DNA from: Candidatus Peribacter riflensis
GTDB taxonomy: Bacteria; Patescibacteriota; Gracilibacteria; Peribacterales; Peribacteraceae
Assembly (NCBI GenBank): GCA_001430755.1
Contig: CP013062.1
Span: 360,001-392,000 of the forward strand
Reading direction: 5' to 3'
Length of the DNA stretch: 32,000 bases
Positions within the stretch are counted from its first letter, which is position 1. The number at the start of each line of letters is the position of its first letter. The position numbers were made by a program, and so were the translations under genes. Of this stretch, positions 24,001-30,962 are shown piece by piece. A model generated the notes under the pieces. It did no database searches, had not been told where the DNA came from, and saw only the letters and a list, made by a program, of their open reading frames with translations.

Positions 24001-24300
24001 GACGAATGCCGGTGTGACGGGTACGAAGTACACGTGGTCCGCCAGACCCCAGCTCGTCTGGTTCGTGGCGATGTTCGGATTCACGAGCACGATGCGCGCG
24101 CCTTCCTCCTTGAATGCCTTGATCGCCTGGCTGCCGGAATAGTCGAATTCGCCGGCCTCGCCGATCTTCAGTGCTCCGGAACCGAGCAACAGAATCGTTT
24201 TGCCGTGCAGATCCTTCAGATCGCTGTTCGCGGCATCGGGAAACTGTCTCCCCGTGCCCTTTTGCGGGCCTCGGGGGCCGGCGCCTCGTACAGCGTTCAT
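21013..24300 (-). CDS. carB: carbamoyl-phosphate synthase large subunit
   Basis: It has duplicated ATP-grasp halves (KTILLLGSGALKIGEAGEFDYSGSQA... and RAIVLGGGPYSIGSSVEFDWCCV...) and an MGS-like C-terminal domain. The first ATG is at 24300; the track start at 24339 is a TTG. Confidence 0.93.
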   Translation of the reverse strand: MNAVRGAGPRGPQKGTGRQFPDAANSDLKDLHGKTILLLGSGALKIGEAGEFDYSGSQAIKAFKEEGARIVLVNPNIATNQTSWGLADHVYFVPVTPAFVERIIAQERPQAIALSFGGQTALNCGLALADTGVLKKFDVEVLGTSVESIRKTEDRALFNAELASIDVAVPRSFAVESIEAAVDAAKNIGYPVIVRGAFALGGKGSGRAMNEQELRQIGKVAFVESPQILVEEDLTGWKEIEYEVVRDVSDNCITVCNMENVDPLGIHTGESIVIAPSQTLDNFDYQMLRSIALKVIRHLKIVGECNIQYALDPKSRRYRVIEVNARLSRSSALASKATGYPLAFIAAKLALGFTLPDLKNAITQVTCADFEPALDYVAVKMPRWDLQKFRHVSDAVTSEMKSVGEVMALGRTFEEALQKAIRMLNIGEEGLAPCSMKFGDVGKEIKRPTPRRLFALAAALAGEWTTEEASIATGIDRWFLERIRSCTLIAAELRQTRAQTPLTPDLLRRAKRSGFSDKAIAQLSDQKHNEIRALRLAHGITPVVKQIDTLAGEFPAQTNYLYLTYHGSEHDVTFDTDQPRAIVLGGGPYSIGSSVEFDWCCVQAAHELQRQNFDVFMINSNPETVSTDYDECDALFFEELTEERVRDIADLTHPTGIVVSMGGQIPNSLAPKLAAVGLQILGTAPKDIDRAEDRHKFSSLLDELKIDQPEWKEFSEVSGASSFAETVGYPVIVRPSYVLSGASMAVVHSRDDLEDYVQQSAFVNKEAPIVISKFEVGAKEIDFDGVAQDGQLLLYAISEHVENAGVHSGDATLVLPPQRVNLETLRRVKQIAKGIAQGLHISGPFNLQLLAKENRLKVIECNLRASRSFPFASKVTGVNFITLATQALLRKAPADVRYQTIDLDHVGVKAAQFSFSRLRGADPRLGVEMASTGEVACFGENAEQALLLALVAVGFKLPKKNILVTIGHIEDKLDMFPAIKRLAERGYGFFATQRTHEFLESRGIPSVLLHKISEPRSPNIREYLEQKRVDLVINVPTHSSSVEQTDGYFIRRLATDHGIPLITNVQLAKRVEEALFRETPENLPLMKWPELLQER

Positions 24301-24430
24301 GATCGGCGGGAGGCTACGCGAGCAGCGGCACGAAGGCAAGCACTTCGCGCACCACTCTCTGCTATGCGGCGTGGGTCATCGGTGCTGTCAATTGTCAGCG
24401 CATCTGCAAGGCTGTTCACTACCCTGTCGT

Positions 24431-25273
24431 ATGCGTCTTCAGCCCGCGTTAGCCGTCTTCAGCTTCATGATTCCGGCTTTCGCTGTGGCGGGCCCTCTGG
24501 ATGACGCCGTGCGTGATGCGGCAATTTTTGAGCAGGTGCAGGAGCAGATGTCTCTGGAGCAGAGCGCGCAGGATGCCGATGCCCTGCGTGAGGCAGGTGA
24601 CGAACTTTTTCCGGGCACGGGGCAGGGGAGCGGGAGCAGCCGTCCGGTGACCCTGGAGGAGGATCCGGTTTTCCTCACGGCGCGGGTGGACGGCGTTCCG
24701 GTGATCTTTCGGGATGTGCCCAAAGATGCGTGGTTCGCGCCCTACGTGAGAGATGTGGTGGGCAAGGGGATTGTGTCGGGCTACCGCGAAAGCGACGGCA
24801 CGCTGAAGGGGCTCTTCGGTCCGGATGACCCGCTCACGATTGCAGAGCTCGCAAAAATTGCAGTGCAGGTTGCTCTGGTGGATCTCTCTTCCTGCGGATC
24901 GGGGCTCAAGAATGCGACCGCTGCCGGTATGTGGGCCGAGCCGTACGTGCGCTGCGCGGAGCGGCGGGGGTGGGCGGTGTATGCCGACGGATCAGGTGAT
25001 GTGCAGCGTCTCGCCAGCCGCGCGCAGGTAGTGGCGACTCTGCTGCAAGCCCTCGGAGTCAAGATCGAGCCGCGGACGGGGGGTGTCTTCCGGGATGTCG
25101 ACAGTTCGGTGGAGTTCGCTGCGGCGGTGGAGATGGCTGCCCGTGCGGGCGTGGTCTCGGGCGATGCCGACGCGCAGGGCAATCCCACCGGCTTGTTCCG
25201 GCCGGTTGATCCCGTCAATCGTGCGGAGGTGGCCAAGATCGTTGCGCAGGCCGTGCAGATCTACGAGTACTGA
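24431..25273 (+). CDS. secreted protein with three S-layer homology (SLH) domains
   Basis: The start was reassigned to ATG 24431, which gives a signal peptide (MRLQPALAVFSFMIPAFAVAG). The SLH repeats are FRDVPKDAWFAPYVRDVVGKGIVSGY...LFGPDDPLTIAELAKIAV, a MWAEPYVRCAERRGW... repeat, and FRDVDSSVEFAAAVEMAARAGVVSGD...LFRPVDPVNRAEVAKIVA. Confidence 0.8.
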   Translation: MRLQPALAVFSFMIPAFAVAGPLDDAVRDAAIFEQVQEQMSLEQSAQDADALREAGDELFPGTGQGSGSSRPVTLEEDPVFLTARVDGVPVIFRDVPKDAWFAPYVRDVVGKGIVSGYRESDGTLKGLFGPDDPLTIAELAKIAVQVALVDLSSCGSGLKNATAAGMWAEPYVRCAERRGWAVYADGSGDVQRLASRAQVVATLLQALGVKIEPRTGGVFRDVDSSVEFAAAVEMAARAGVVSGDADAQGNPTGLFRPVDPVNRAEVAKIVAQAVQIYEY

Positions 25274-25280
25274 ACGGGTA

Positions 25281-26297
25281 CTAGTGCTGGTGATGCGATT
25301 TCAGAAAGTGCACAACATGCCCCTCGAGCTTGCGCAGATTTCCCCACTGCACGATCACCGCGCCGAGGATGATGAGTGCCGCGCCGGCACTCTGGTACCA
25401 CAGGATGGATTCCCCCAGGTACCAATGTGCGAACAGGAGGCCCGTTCCCACCGTGACTGTTCCCATGAACGATACCGTGGGGAGCGGAAGGTGTTCGAGG
25501 GATTCGTAGTAGCTGAAGATGAGCAGGAAGCGCGAGATCAATCCGTAGCCGAGCAGCACGCCCAAAAACTCCCAGGGGAATGCCTGCAACTCGGTCACGA
25601 ATGGATGCGAGATGAACGGCGAGAGCAGGAAGAAGAATGCAATCGCGCAGCAGGAACGCACGACGATGATCACCTGAGGTTCTAAGTGCCGCAGGTACTT
25701 GCGAATGAGCACGCCCCCGAGTCCGTAGAGGGCACCGGCGAGCACGATGAGCAGGTCGCCGTTGGCAATGCTCAGTCGTTCCGTGAACCCGTGCAGGGCG
25801 ACAACGAGCAGCCCGAAGAAGATGACCGAGCCCCCGAACCACTGCGTGCGCTTGGGAGCCTGGTGCATGAGCAGGATGCCGAAGAGGATGAGGAACAGCG
25901 TCTCCGCGTTCCCGAACAGCTGTGAGTTGATGGCGAACGTGCGCGTGAGCCCTGTGAACCAGAAGGCGGGAGCCAGCACGCCGTTGAGCACACCTGCCGT
26001 GAACAGCGGCAACACGATTTCCCTCCGCACGCGTCGCAGGTGTTTGAAAATGGGAAAAAATCCGAACGAGATGACCGCGAAGAGCAGGAGCATCACTTCG
26101 CTCAGAAAGAGCATCGAGAGCGGCGAGAAATAGGTGGTGAGCTGCTTGCCGAACGAAGCCGTGGTGGATCCGGCCAGGATCATCACCGTAAGCGCGATCC
26201 AGCCGATGGTGGAGGAGCAGAGGTGCCTGCGAACGTGGACTTCAGGCTGCCGGAGGATTCCGGTGAGGGTGTGCATGTGCGTGGGATTGTGGCTCAC
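25281..26297 (-). CDS. DMT-superfamily (EamA-like) transporter, ~10 TM
   Basis: The protein is uniformly hydrophobic with two similar halves, consistent with EamA duplication. The track start is a GTG; an ATG alternative is at 26276. Confidence 0.65.
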   Translation of the reverse strand: MSHNPTHMHTLTGILRQPEVHVRRHLCSSTIGWIALTVMILAGSTTASFGKQLTTYFSPLSMLFLSEVMLLLFAVISFGFFPIFKHLRRVRREIVLPLFTAGVLNGVLAPAFWFTGLTRTFAINSQLFGNAETLFLILFGILLMHQAPKRTQWFGGSVIFFGLLVVALHGFTERLSIANGDLLIVLAGALYGLGGVLIRKYLRHLEPQVIIVVRSCCAIAFFFLLSPFISHPFVTELQAFPWEFLGVLLGYGLISRFLLIFSYYESLEHLPLPTVSFMGTVTVGTGLLFAHWYLGESILWYQSAGAALIILGAVIVQWGNLRKLEGHVVHFLKSHHQH

Positions 26298-26334
26298 TTT
26301 CTTTCAAACAATGAATGAGCAATGATGCATTTCC

Positions 26335-28158
26335 TCATCTGCAATTGGCGGGGCATCCGCCCGGCGTCCCGTTTGCCGGCCCTGTATCGCAGCGTTCCCA
26401 CGACTCCCGGATGCCATTGCCGCACGCGCGGAATGTCAAAGTAGGCCGAGGAACAAGGCCGGCATTGATATCATCGAATCCATTTTGATTGCGAGGCACG
26501 ATATCCATTCTGAATGTCTCGATGCTCGAGCGTTTCTGCGGGGGAACTGTGAGCACGAGGGACCCGATTGATGACTCATCCGCTGCGTTCCACGGCAGTT
26601 CGCAGGAGAATTCATTCATCATGACTTGATAGGCCGTGTCTTGATTGCACTGCATGGTATCCCCCACCTCAAGGCCATACTCTTTCGACGGAAGTGAGAT
26701 CTTGATATTCACTTTCTGAGGCACAAATGCGCTGAGTGACGTTTTGTAGACGAATACATCCATGGCGACCGTCGTCAATTGTTCTCCGCGCAGGACTCTC
26801 TGGACGTCCGGTCCGCGAATGCCCATAGCCAGTTGTAATTCCGTATTGCACATCAATCCGCACCCATCGCGACCCGTCCGGTTCCCGTCGTCGCAGGATT
26901 CACCGAGATGCGCATCGACCCTACTGTTGCCGCATGCGTAGAACGTTATACCTGCGCGATTAGAATTGATTTCATTTGTAAATCCTTCCTGGGTATAGGG
27001 AATTTCAACCAACACTGTCTCCGTCGGGCTTTCCCGCTCCGACGGAACCGTGAGGGTGAGAGGAGCCGACAGCGACCCGCCCGGGGTGACCGATGGCAGA
27101 ATGCACGAGAATTCCTGCGCCGAAACCTGATCGCACCGCAACGGATCCTCCACCCTGAGCGTGTACCGGCTCGACGGAAGCGTGATCTTGATGCGCACGC
27201 TTGGAGCGACGTATGTTCCCGCATTCATGACGACCAGGTTCATAGAAACATCCGTCAGGTTTTCCCCCCGCCTGACGCGTTCGACGTCCTCTCCCGTAAA
27301 CCGTGGCTGCAATCGAGTAATGATCCTGCAGATGTAGCACCCGTCACCAGCCGTCAGATTTCCATCATCGCAGCTTTCTCTCCCCTCCACGATGCCATTG
27401 CCGCACACGGCTGCGCGGCAGATATTCAGACAGCCATCCGTATCGATGGCATTCCCGTCGTCGCATTCCTCTCCGGTTTCCATGACGCCGTTGCCGCAGA
27501 TGGGTCGGACAGAAGAAGCCGAACTCGCGGCGCTCGAGACGGACGAAGACGACATGATAGTTTCTGAGGATGACTGTGCCTCAGATGAGGACGCTGAGGA
27601 GACAGAAGAAGATGATCGAACGGAAGACAGGGAACTCATTGAAGACGAGGACGCGCTGGAGAGAGAGGAGGATGAGCTTGCTGGCGAGCATGTTCTAAAG
27701 ACAGTGATGAACTGACTGTTGTTCTGGATGTTCTTGTCCTGAGACGCGATCACAGTGGTGTACAACTTCTGCGCCTTCTGGCAGGGGGCGCTCGATGTCA
27801 GTGTGACGGTGAATGTCAGTACCCGGCGGGCGCCTTTTTCGAGATTGCCGAGTGGGCACACCCAATGGCGGGTACCGCTGGTCCTGCACTCTGCAGGGGG
27901 TGTGACGATGGTGAATGTGGAGAGCGATGTCAGAACCAGTGTGACGCTGCGCGCGGCAGTCGTTCCGTTGTTGCTCACCTGGATGTTCGAGGTGAATGCA
28001 TTGAGCGCCGCGTTATAGCGGGTCAGTGCAAAGACAGACACGTCCGTCGCGCTGCTCACCTGTGCGGTGAAGCGCACCGTTCCGAGTTGGACATGCGCGA
28101 AAGCAGCTACAGCGAGGAACAACGCAAGGAGAAATGTTCTGCGTGAGTGGCTTTTCAT
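26335..28158 (-). CDS. secreted modular protein: three DUF11/CARDB-like beta modules, Ser-rich linker, four CGNG..C(D)DGN..DGC cysteine-rich repeats
   Basis: The start was reassigned to ATG 28158, giving signal peptide MKSHSRRTFLLALFLAVAAFA. The repeats are PICGNGVMETGEECDDGNAIDTDGCLNIC, VCGNGIVEGRESCDDGNLTAGDGCYIC, ACGNSRVDAHLGESCDDGNRTGRDGCGLMC and ACGNGIRESWERCD. Modules 2 and 3 are clearly paralogous (G.DV.RV.RGE.LT.V.M...IKI.LPS..Y.L.V.D...C.Q...EFSC.LP). Confidence 0.8.
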   Translation of the reverse strand: MKSHSRRTFLLALFLAVAAFAHVQLGTVRFTAQVSSATDVSVFALTRYNAALNAFTSNIQVSNNGTTAARSVTLVLTSLSTFTIVTPPAECRTSGTRHWVCPLGNLEKGARRVLTFTVTLTSSAPCQKAQKLYTTVIASQDKNIQNNSQFITVFRTCSPASSSSSLSSASSSSMSSLSSVRSSSSVSSASSSEAQSSSETIMSSSSVSSAASSASSVRPICGNGVMETGEECDDGNAIDTDGCLNICRAAVCGNGIVEGRESCDDGNLTAGDGCYICRIITRLQPRFTGEDVERVRRGENLTDVSMNLVVMNAGTYVAPSVRIKITLPSSRYTLRVEDPLRCDQVSAQEFSCILPSVTPGGSLSAPLTLTVPSERESPTETVLVEIPYTQEGFTNEINSNRAGITFYACGNSRVDAHLGESCDDGNRTGRDGCGLMCNTELQLAMGIRGPDVQRVLRGEQLTTVAMDVFVYKTSLSAFVPQKVNIKISLPSKEYGLEVGDTMQCNQDTAYQVMMNEFSCELPWNAADESSIGSLVLTVPPQKRSSIETFRMDIVPRNQNGFDDINAGLVPRPTLTFRACGNGIRESWERCDTGPANGTPGGCPANCR

Positions 28159-28276
28159 CGTGATGAGGAGAATGTGTGTAATACGTGTATTATACAATAA
28201 TTTTAATAATCTCGCCATATAGGAAAAGTGCCAATGACAGTGATTTCCGACGCTCTCCTCGTTATGCGGTTAGAGA

Positions 28277-28294
28277 TGGCTTGCCAGCCGTAGC
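28277..28294. repeat. copy 2 of the dispersed motif TGGCTTGCCAnCCGTAGC
   Basis: 17/18 identical to 2717-2734. It lies 24 nt downstream of the tRNA-Leu 3' end on the minus strand. Confidence 0.75.
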
Positions 28295-28309
28295 TCCGCG
28301 AAGCGGAGC
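28293..28309 (-). terminator. GC-rich stem-loop GCTCCGC-gaa-GCGGAGC just downstream of tRNA-Leu
   Basis: A 7-bp stem read directly. It shares the CTCCGC/GCGGAG core with the 20-bp hairpin repeat at 2435 and 2785. No T-run follows, so terminator function is uncertain. Confidence 0.3.
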
Positions 28310-28317
28310 GAGTCGAA

Positions 28318-28405
28318 TGGTGCCGCCGGCTGGAATCGAACCAGCATGCCCTGTAACGGGCAGGGGATTTTAAGTCCCCCGTGTCTACCATTTCACCACA
28401 GCGGC
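28318..28405 (-). tRNA. tRNA-Leu (anticodon TAA), class II, CCA encoded
   Basis: The reverse complement folds by hand as follows: acceptor GCCGCTG/CGGCGGC, D arm GTG-aaatggtaga-CAC, anticodon arm GGGGA-CTTAAAA-TCCCC, long variable arm GCCC-gttaca-GGGC, T arm GCTGG-TTCGATT-CCAGC, then A-CCA. Confidence 0.9.
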
Positions 28406-28483
28406 AAAGAGCGAAATCTGCGAGAGAGTATAGCCGAAATTCACTGTGACTATCCGGGGTTTACATCCCGCACGCTTTGGCCG

Positions 28484-29707
28484 TTATATGGGCAGCATCT
28501 CCATCTTGTACTTCGGCTGCTCGCGCACAGGCTGCTCGCCCACTGAGAGCACGTCGCCCGTTTCGGGATCCACCTCCTCTGCAGTGATGATGAGGCGGCG
28601 TAAGGTCGTTCCGACCGGTGTGCAGGTCATGAGTGTCGAGAGGCGGCGGTTCGCCGGTTGATCCAGAACATCCACGTTCGACGGCTTCACTTCGAAGACG
28701 GAGCGCACGATGTAGCGATGCTTGTCACCGCCGTAGTACACCCAGTACTCATCGTCCACGTTCAGCGTGTGCAGACGGGCGAAGACCGTCTTGTAGTTGC
28801 CCGTTGCCCATGGATAGTACGAGCTGTGCCCCGTGACGAAGAAGTTGCCTGCCTGTCCGGGCTTGGCGGTTCCCGGATAGTGCACCACCCCCTGCTCCAA
28901 GGATGCCTGAATATCCGTTTCCACTTGGGACCAGTCTTCCCGTAGCAGTGCTTCATACGAGGGGATCACAATCGGAACATTCAGGTCGAGTTTGGGGATA
29001 ATCAGGCGGTGTTCGGGCGGTCCTACTGGTGGGAGAAAACTGAGCAGATTGCCGTCGCTCTGTCCGCCGGCGACCGTGAGCATGGGGGATTTCATTAATT
29101 TATCCCTAAGCTCCGCGCTCGTTCCACCTCCCAGATTCGCTTCCGTCTTCATTTCCTGCAGAGGGTCCAAGCGTGCCTCGAGAATCTGCCAGAAGCTCTG
29201 GTAGTTCAGAGAGACGAAGAGTGCAGCGAAGAGAGCGGCGAAGGTTCCTCCGAAACGAACGGTGTCGATGAGGAAGAGCGAGATTCTGCTGTAACGCTTG
29301 GGCTCTCTGCGAGGTCGCATCACCCAGACCGGCTGTGCGAGAAAGGCCCACACTCCGTGGGTGCCGCTCAGGAATCCCGCTTTGAGTCCGCGCAGAGCTC
29401 TGTAGAATCCTGCAGCACTGAAACGGTACTGTCGGACACTCTCTTCAATGAGCTCATTGGCTCCCATTGCGGCCGTTGCCGGGAGGGCGGAGAAGAGCGA
29501 CCGGCGGGGGGCTGATCGGTTCGGCAGCACAGACTTTTTCTGTTCATCCTGGGCTCCCTGAGCAAGAGGCTCCTCTCCCTTGAGTGGAACGGCCTGCGTC
29601 TGCTCCGGCGGTGGAACAGGCACCTCTGCACCGGTCAGGACGATATTGCCCTCCGTGTCGTAGGAGGCTGCGTGTTGCCGGCGGGAGTGTCGTTCAGATG
29701 GAATCAT
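28484..29707 (-). CDS. sortase-family transpeptidase with ~170-aa N-terminal extension and TM segment(s)
   Basis: The catalytic triad context is NFFVTGHSSYY (His), LSTLMTCTP (TLxTC Cys) and GTTLRRLIITA (Arg). The TM is FGGTFAALFAALFVSL. ATG 29707 (GAGG upstream) is preferred over the track's TTG at 29740. Confidence 0.8.
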   Translation of the reverse strand: MIPSERHSRRQHAASYDTEGNIVLTGAEVPVPPPEQTQAVPLKGEEPLAQGAQDEQKKSVLPNRSAPRRSLFSALPATAAMGANELIEESVRQYRFSAAGFYRALRGLKAGFLSGTHGVWAFLAQPVWVMRPRREPKRYSRISLFLIDTVRFGGTFAALFAALFVSLNYQSFWQILEARLDPLQEMKTEANLGGGTSAELRDKLMKSPMLTVAGGQSDGNLLSFLPPVGPPEHRLIIPKLDLNVPIVIPSYEALLREDWSQVETDIQASLEQGVVHYPGTAKPGQAGNFFVTGHSSYYPWATGNYKTVFARLHTLNVDDEYWVYYGGDKHRYIVRSVFEVKPSNVDVLDQPANRRLSTLMTCTPVGTTLRRLIITAEEVDPETGDVLSVGEQPVREQPKYKMEMLPI

Positions 29708-29776
29708 CACAGTATACCTCAGAAAGCCCTTTTGAGCCAATAGAAGCGGTGAACAATGATAGCAGATCTTTCCGTT

Positions 29777-30898
29777 TCACGCAGGAATCTTCGGCAAACG
29801 GCGTCTGCCCTGAATGATGCCGCCGCCCAGCACTTCCTGTCCCCGGTACAGGACCAGCGATTGCCCGGGGGTGACGGCAGAGACAGGCCGATCGAAGTGG
29901 AAGAGCCCCCGCTGTCCATTGTGGATGAATACCCCGTGCACTTTTCTGGCTTTGGCCCTGATCCGCGCGGTGAGCTGGTGCCGCCTTCCTTTCGACAGCG
30001 GTTCTAAGGTAAAAGTGAGAGAAGATATTTCGATAGATGATTGAAGTTCAGCCCCGAGAGGAGCGACAACAATAGAACAATTTTTTTGTTCTTTCTGCAC
30101 GACGTACACCGGTGCTTTCTGGCCGCCCACGTTCAGCCCCCGTCGCTGGCCGATGGTGTAGAACGGCAGGCCCTCATGCTGGCCGACGACAGTGCCGCTG
30201 AGAAGGGTGATCGGCCCTCCCTTCGCATCGCGAATGTGGCGGCGAAGGAAGGCAGCTGGTGATTTCTCTGGAAAGAAACAGAGATCCTGGCTCTCGCGGT
30301 ACGTGGTGCGGTCAAAGGGAATGCCGAAGCGTTTGGCCAGGGCGAAGACCTCGGTCTTCTGTAGATTCCCCAAAGGAAAGACCGCGTGCTTCAGTTCTTT
30401 CTGCGTGAGGCGATGGAGGAAGTAACTCTGATCCTTCATCTTATCTTTGGCTTCAATCAGGGCTGAAACGATTTTTCCATCCTTCAGTTTTCTGCGGGTG
30501 ACGCGGGCGTAATGACCGGTGGCGACCGCATCGCAGTGCAGGGATTTGGCGAGGATGAGCATGTGAGCGAACTTGAAGGTGCGATTGCAGAGGACGCAGG
30601 GGTTCGGGGTGAGCCCGCGGCGGCAGGCGGCGAGAAACGGATCCACCACGACTGACTTAAACTGCTCCTCGAGTGACAGGATGTGCAGGGGGATTCCGAG
30701 ATTCTTTGCAACTGTTCTCATTCTCGATCGTGTCTGGGTGGTGCAGCACTTGCTCGAGAGAATCTGTGCGTCGGCCGGCGCGAGCGGATCGTGCCAGAGC
30801 TCCAGGTTCACCCCGATGACGTCGTGCCCCTGTTCCTTGAGCAGGCAGGCCACCACACTGGAATCCACCCCGCCTGACATGGCAACGAGAATGCGCAT
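29777..30898 (-). CDS. mnmA: tRNA 2-thiouridine(34) synthase MnmA
   Basis: The PP-loop is MRILVAMSGGVDSSV. The family pattern includes CCTTQ, TPNPCVLCN, ATGHYAR, KDQSYFL and the C-terminal beta-barrel. Confidence 0.92.
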   Translation of the reverse strand: MRILVAMSGGVDSSVVACLLKEQGHDVIGVNLELWHDPLAPADAQILSSKCCTTQTRSRMRTVAKNLGIPLHILSLEEQFKSVVVDPFLAACRRGLTPNPCVLCNRTFKFAHMLILAKSLHCDAVATGHYARVTRRKLKDGKIVSALIEAKDKMKDQSYFLHRLTQKELKHAVFPLGNLQKTEVFALAKRFGIPFDRTTYRESQDLCFFPEKSPAAFLRRHIRDAKGGPITLLSGTVVGQHEGLPFYTIGQRRGLNVGGQKAPVYVVQKEQKNCSIVVAPLGAELQSSIEISSLTFTLEPLSKGRRHQLTARIRAKARKVHGVFIHNGQRGLFHFDRPVSAVTPGQSLVLYRGQEVLGGGIIQGRRRLPKIPA

Positions 30899-30962
30899 GG
30901 CGTCATCCTACCTTGTTACGTCTTCTCTTCAATAATCCCCGCCAATTTGCCATAATGCAGAG

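Noticed and set aside
24200-24430. Long N-terminal extensions of the SLH protein (track start 24200) and of carB (track start 24339, TTG). These would overlap each other divergently.
   Set aside because: The extensions are Cys/Arg/His-rich nonsense and mutually overlapping. ATG 24431 yields a proper signal peptide, and ATG 24300 is the first ATG of carB.
27392-27715. A highly acidic 107-aa plus-strand ORF (EEAELAALETDEDD...). Ser/Ala/Pro-rich ORFs at 17164-17865 and 17294-17860 are similar cases.
   Set aside because: They are antisense or alternate-frame read-throughs of the Ser-rich linker-coding tracts of the two surface-protein genes. Their low-complexity composition mirrors the Ser codons.
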